Assembly: GCF_002571385.2 (NCBI RefSeq) | Contig: NW_019218057.1 | Span: forward strand, 292,995 to 356,994 | Direction of reading: 5' to 3' | DNA: 64,000 bases | From: Stylophora pistillata | Taxonomy: Eukaryota | Shown here: positions 59,425 through 64,000 of the stretch, piece by piece | How positions within the stretch are numbered: position 1 is the stretch's first letter | Layout: the number at the start of each line of letters is the position of its first letter | The notes under the pieces: generated by a model | What the model saw: the letters and a program-made list of their open reading frames with translations, nothing else | Databases searched by the model: none | Told to the model about the DNA's origin: nothing | Program-made: the position numbers and the translations under genes

Positions 59425-62400
59425 ATGACATTTCTTCACGCTATCGTGCTTCTAGTTTTAGTTGGTAAGATTATTAAGCTCCTCTTGCTCATTGTATAAC
59501 TAAGACACTAGATCAGTAGGTTAAAAATTTAAATGGAAACAAAATGTATTCATAGTCGACGGAAAATGAGCATGGATATTGCAGTTCAGCTTAACTCAAG
59601 CTTGATTTTGTGAGCAAGTTCATTTGATGAGTCGGGTGTAAATTCAGGTAGGCTAAGTTCGTTTTGTGACGTACGTGTTTGGCTGAATTTTTGCACAGTT
59701 AAAGGGGTTTTGTGTATCTGCAAAGGGTTTTATTTGAACAAAGTAACTTTCACTAGCAGAGGGGACTGAATTGTGATTAAACAATGGGCAAACTTTTTGT
59801 CTTTGCATTTGAATGTATGCGTTCAGTTTTTCACAAGCGTGACAATATTTATCACACTAATAATAAATGTTTCCTCTTTCACTTCCATTGATGTTGCTGT
59901 TGAATTGTGCTTAATTAATCAAATTGTCTATCCCTAAATCTGAACCTGCCGTCCCTTTTGAAATTTTCAGGTTAGTTTTGTACTAAAACCCTCAATTTTT
60001 TTACTTTGAAGAACCCATTACCTTGGAATTCAATTTTTCTTTATGAGGTGGGTGGGTATAGATTTCTGTGACAGAAGAGTAGTCTGTTAAAAATTGTGGA
60101 AATTTTAAGGCATCCAATTACCGTATCTCTTTCCAGCCTTTGTAATTATTTAAATTAAGATTAATAACAGTTTTTCATGTGCTTTTTTTGTCCTGAAAGG
60201 TGACATTCAGTGCTCTCCAGTGAAAGGGAATTTTTCTTTTCTGGTTAATCAAGACTTGGAAGTGAGAACAGCATACACAGCCTTTGACCGTACTGCTGTG
60301 TTTAACTGTACAACCAATGATGCAACTGCTAAAGTCACATTGAATCGAACTGACGGCCAGCTTAGACAAGAAAAAATTACCAGGAATGGTGCAGTCTTTA
60401 CTATTCATGGCATCACAAGGCACGATGCTGGTCACTACTTGTGTGTTGCTAAAAGGAAGAATGGACAAGCTATTACCAGAAAGATCTTATTATATATTGA
60501 TTCCAGTAAGTTCATTTTCTTTTCTAAGAATCTCAAAGGATTGTAGTGATGTTACAGGGCTACTTTAAGAGCAATAAGAAATAGCTGTTACTTTGTATTT
60601 GAGACTTTCAAATGTATGCAAAATGAAGTTGGCAAATTATTAAAACAATGTAATCAATTATTTTGCTTTGATTTCTATATGTTAACTTCTCTATCTCCCT
60701 CTCTCTTTTTTCAGGAAATCCTAGTGTGAAAATTGTCCCTCATAGGAATAGCCGAGTTTTAATTGGTTCCCATCTTAATTACACCTGTGAGGGTACAGTG
60801 GGAAAGCTGACCTGGCTAAAAGATGGCATGGACCTTCCAACAGACAAATTGCCAGGTGTCAGTGTCCTCTCTTCCCATGGTCCTAATGGGATTTTGGAAA
60901 AGGATCTGGACATTTTGCAGGCTGACCTTGTACATAGTGGGAGATACACTTGTCTGTTAACTTTCAGAGGAAAGAAATTTTTTCAGTATGTAGAAGTCAG
61001 CGTCAAAGGTAAAATTTTGTTAAAGCCAAACATTTCATTGGTAATCCCTGTAGCTTCCTTGAATGATTTTTACCCCTTGTCTTTTTTTTTTTTTTTTAAT
61101 GAAAGTCATTGTTGCCCAATTCTTTTAACTTATGAGACAGTGATGGTCCGTACAAATTTTCAAAGTAGTTTTTTTTATCAGCTCTTTTAATTGTGAACAG
61201 TGGCAGAGCGTGTCCATTCTTTTTAAGAGCTCAAGTATTGGAATCTTTATTTCAACTCAGTTTTTTTTTTTTAATGTACTCAAACCTACATGTAAATCTG
61301 TATGCAAGGAAGATGTTTGATGACCTTGTAACTTCTTAAGAGTTTGGTATGATGATTTTTTTTCATTTAGCTCCAGAACCTGCAAGTATCACATCTGAAA
61401 CACCCCATCATCAATTTCTTAATGACACAGACAGTGGTCCAAATATAAAACTTGACTGCCTTGTCAGTGGCTTCCCTATACCAAAGATAACATGGACAAA
61501 AGATGGCAAAGAGATAAAGAAGTGTTATAAAAATCACCCATGTGACACCCAGACTCGGCAATATATCTTAACATCCCAGAATAGTTTGATCATTCGAAAG
61601 CATCTCAAACTTGATGAGCAAGGAGTGTATCGCTGTGAAGCAGAGAATTCTTTTGGAAGGGTTTTCAAAGAGTTTATTCTTGATCATCCAAGTGAGTCAT
61701 TGTTCAATACTCGTTCTGACTGTTCTATTAGTATGATCTAATTGTGGAAACAAGTCAGATAGTTTGGAAGGTTGGGGTTTATGCTTTTACTGGAATGTTT
61801 TAATCTGAGGGGTTCATTGAGATAAAGACAGGTTAAACAGATAGAATAGTTACACCTTGAAGTGTGTTGTGTTACATGAAGAGTCAAACCACTGACTACA
61901 ATGATTGTGTTTTCTTTAATTGGACAAGAATAGTGAAACAAGAAAAATTTTAAATCTCTGTCTAACTTGAGCTGAAAGCTATTTTATGGTGAAGACCTCA
62001 AGTTTGTGGTTTCTTGAGTATTTTTCCTTTACAATGGCAGATCTAGGTCAGGTTCAGAGTTCAGTTGCCCAAAACTGAAGTACCTCCAAAACAAAAAAAA
62101 GAAAGAAAAAAGGTTGTCATCACCTTTGCGCTCAATTCTCGTTATCGGATCTTGTTAACTATTTACATCCCAACATTAATATACAAGTTCCCTATACTAT
62201 TCCCTGTGCATTCCCCATACTATCCCTGTGCATTCCCCATACTATTCCCTGTGCATTCCCCATACTATTCCCTGCGCATTCCCCATACTATTCCCTGCAC
62301 ATTCCCCATACTATTCTCTGTGCATTCCCCATACTATTCCCTGTGCATTCCCCATACTATTCCCTGTGCATTCCCCTTTGCTACTCACATCAATAATTTA

Positions 62401-62913
62401 TCTAACAATCAAGAGTGATCATTTCTTGTATTCTCATTACCATAATGTGTAATTCAGGGGTTATATTGTAAGGAGACACTAGATGCTGGTCTCTCTTACA
62501 GGTTAAAGGGTTAAAGTGGAGTCTGATTTCCATCAACAGGTCCTAAGATAAACGTACCAGCTGCAGTCGGAATTGTGGAATGGCACAGCGGGCAGCAGAA
62601 GTCAATTGTCTTTTCATGTAATGTTGCACGAGGTACTCCGAGGCTACAATTTAAGTGGTACATAAGATATAGGCAGTTTTTTTTACAAAGTGGGTGGTTA
62701 TCCATTAACAATCCATTTTTCCACGGGTGTTTCAGTCAAACAGACAAGGCAAGAAGCAGCAGCCTAGAAACACCTGGGAAACAAGTATCTTCGTGTTTCA
62801 GCATATGCGAGTACTATAAACCTTGCGAAATAGGCTGCTCCGTGGAAAATGATTATGGAAAGGATGAAAAGGTGCTTTTTGAAGTTCGCAAAAAAAAGGA
62901 AAATGGAAAATGA
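59425..62913 (+). CDS. Signal peptide plus four Ig-like domains, no transmembrane segment in window (receptor-ectodomain-like, possibly VEGFR/PDGFR-related), ~444 aa
   Basis: Exons 59425-59464 (MTFLHAIVLLVLV), 60200-60505, 60715-61008, 61371-61691, 62540-62913. All introns are phase 1, with one Ig domain per exon (DAGHYLC, HSGRYTC, EQGVYRC, SCNVARGTP...W...CSVEN). The family assignment is not secure. Confidence 0.75.
62188..62375. repeat. 23-bp minisatellite, ~8 copies
   Basis: TTCCCCATACTATTCCCTGTGCA tandem array in an intron. Confidence 0.9.
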
Positions 62914-62955
62914 TTATGTAAAGGATGATAAGGTGCTTTTTAAAGTTCGCAATAA
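62843..62955 (+). repeat. 61-bp-period tandem duplication at the end of the last Ig exon
   Basis: TGGAAAATGATTATG.AAAGGATGA.AAGGTGCTTTTT.AAGTTCGCAA.AA at 62843 and 62904. Confidence 0.85.
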
Positions 62956-63349
62956 ATCATAAGAATTTGTTTGCTTTCAAGTCTTCCTAGGCTTTACATC
63001 TTTACGCGTGGTGCTTACTAGGTAAGACTCTGGCATGCGTGCTTAGTGGTAAACAATTAAGCAGTTGAGTTGCTTGTACAGGGCTGCTTCTAAAAATTTT
63101 GTCCTACAAAAGCGTACGCGCCAACGGGCTGCGTGGCTCAACGAGCACCTGAATGTAGTTCAGTGGATCGAAGTTCTCGTTGCCCTCACAGTAGATCACT
63201 TAAACGCTTTTATTTCCTCTAGATAATCCTCTTTAAAGGCTAAAAGCCCGTGAACTTTCATCAATGAAACAGTTACTACCCATCAAATTTTCGTTACTCT
63301 CGTGAGCGCGCGAGATCACGCTTTTGTAGGAAAAACTTTAGTTAAACAC

Positions 63350-63500
63350 CAGGCTCCGGTTGTTCAAAGCGCAGATAGCGCTATCCAACGGATAAATCAC
63401 TATCCAGCGGATAAGTGTTACCAGAATGTACTGCGCTATCCACCGGATAGAGATTTATCCAGTGTATAGCGTTATCCATCCTTCGAACAACCGGGGCCTG
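63350..63500. mobile_element. Palindromic MITE
   Basis: CAGGCTCCGGTTGTTCAAAG ... CTTCGAACAACCGGGGCCTG TIRs, with internal inverted TATCCA/GGATA motifs. Confidence 0.75.
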
Positions 63501-64000
63501 TTTGACACGGAAGGAATTCATTACGCGATATACTCAAACTGTAGATCAGCTTTTGTTGGTTGGCTGAGTGTCATAAAATCTTGATGCTTTTGCATTATCA
63601 GTAACTAATCCTAGTTTTTAAACTTTTACAAATGTGGCTTTTTATTGCAGTGCTATTGTAATGTTCCGAAATTTTCCGAAAACTGAAAATGTATCTCGCT
63701 GATAAGCTTCAGTTTGTTACCTTCATTGATTCTTTAATCGATATCAAATGTGTTATACGTCACATGTGTATTTATCCATGTAAAGTGCGCTCTTTCAGCG
63801 ACACAAACTGCGTTTGTTACAAAACCATTCGTGTAGTCGGCATCCAAGACAAATCGCTGCACGTAGTTCTTTTATGGCTGCGATCTTTTCGAAAATTCCA
63901 ACCATCTCATTTTTGTGCGCTTGTGGGGGGGGGGGAGAGGGAGGACAAAATTCTGCCGTTAAATCAAAGATTTTCGTAAACTTCCACTGATCAAAGGACG

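Noticed and set aside
62065-62452. ORFs of 117 and 74 aa, and the regular array as a possible CRISPR
   Set aside because: Translations of a spacerless 23-bp intronic minisatellite; eukaryotic context with no cas genes.

Overview
Intron-rich, AT-rich eukaryotic genomic DNA. The gene set is metazoan and the repeats resemble families I recognise from anthozoan (stony coral-like) genomes; the taxon is an inference. Exons were reconstructed by hand from GT-AG sites and reading-frame phase. Six genes: PAN3 (minus, 5' part only, runs off the left edge); a complete 18-exon copper P1B-ATPase ATP7A/B with six GMxCxxC domains (minus, ~1387 aa); SQSTM1/p62 (plus, divergent from ATP7, ~414 aa, with a His-Pro repeat and an RGG tract); TTC29 (minus, ~530 aa); SREBP (plus, head-to-head with TTC29, ~1251 aa); and a signal-peptide plus four-Ig-domain gene that ends without a transmembrane segment (plus, ~444 aa). 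Introns and intergenic DNA carry MITEs, nested LINE 3' ends, tRNA-headed repeats and microsatellites. Main hunt results: (i) a dispersed repeat in ATP7 introns containing a minimal Penelope-type hammerhead ribozyme motif; (ii) an orphan AKAP10 PKA-anchoring terminal exon inside an ATP7 intron, between two near-identical copies of that repeat and next to an assembly gap; (iii) an Nrf2/Maf ARE abutting a MiT/TFE site, plus a CLEAR palindrome, between ATP7 and a His-rich p62; (iv) four abutting palindromic elements with shared TTATTA-type ends; (v) a possible soluble decoy receptor with a polyA signal where a splice donor is expected; (vi) possible ParaHox-paralogon synteny.
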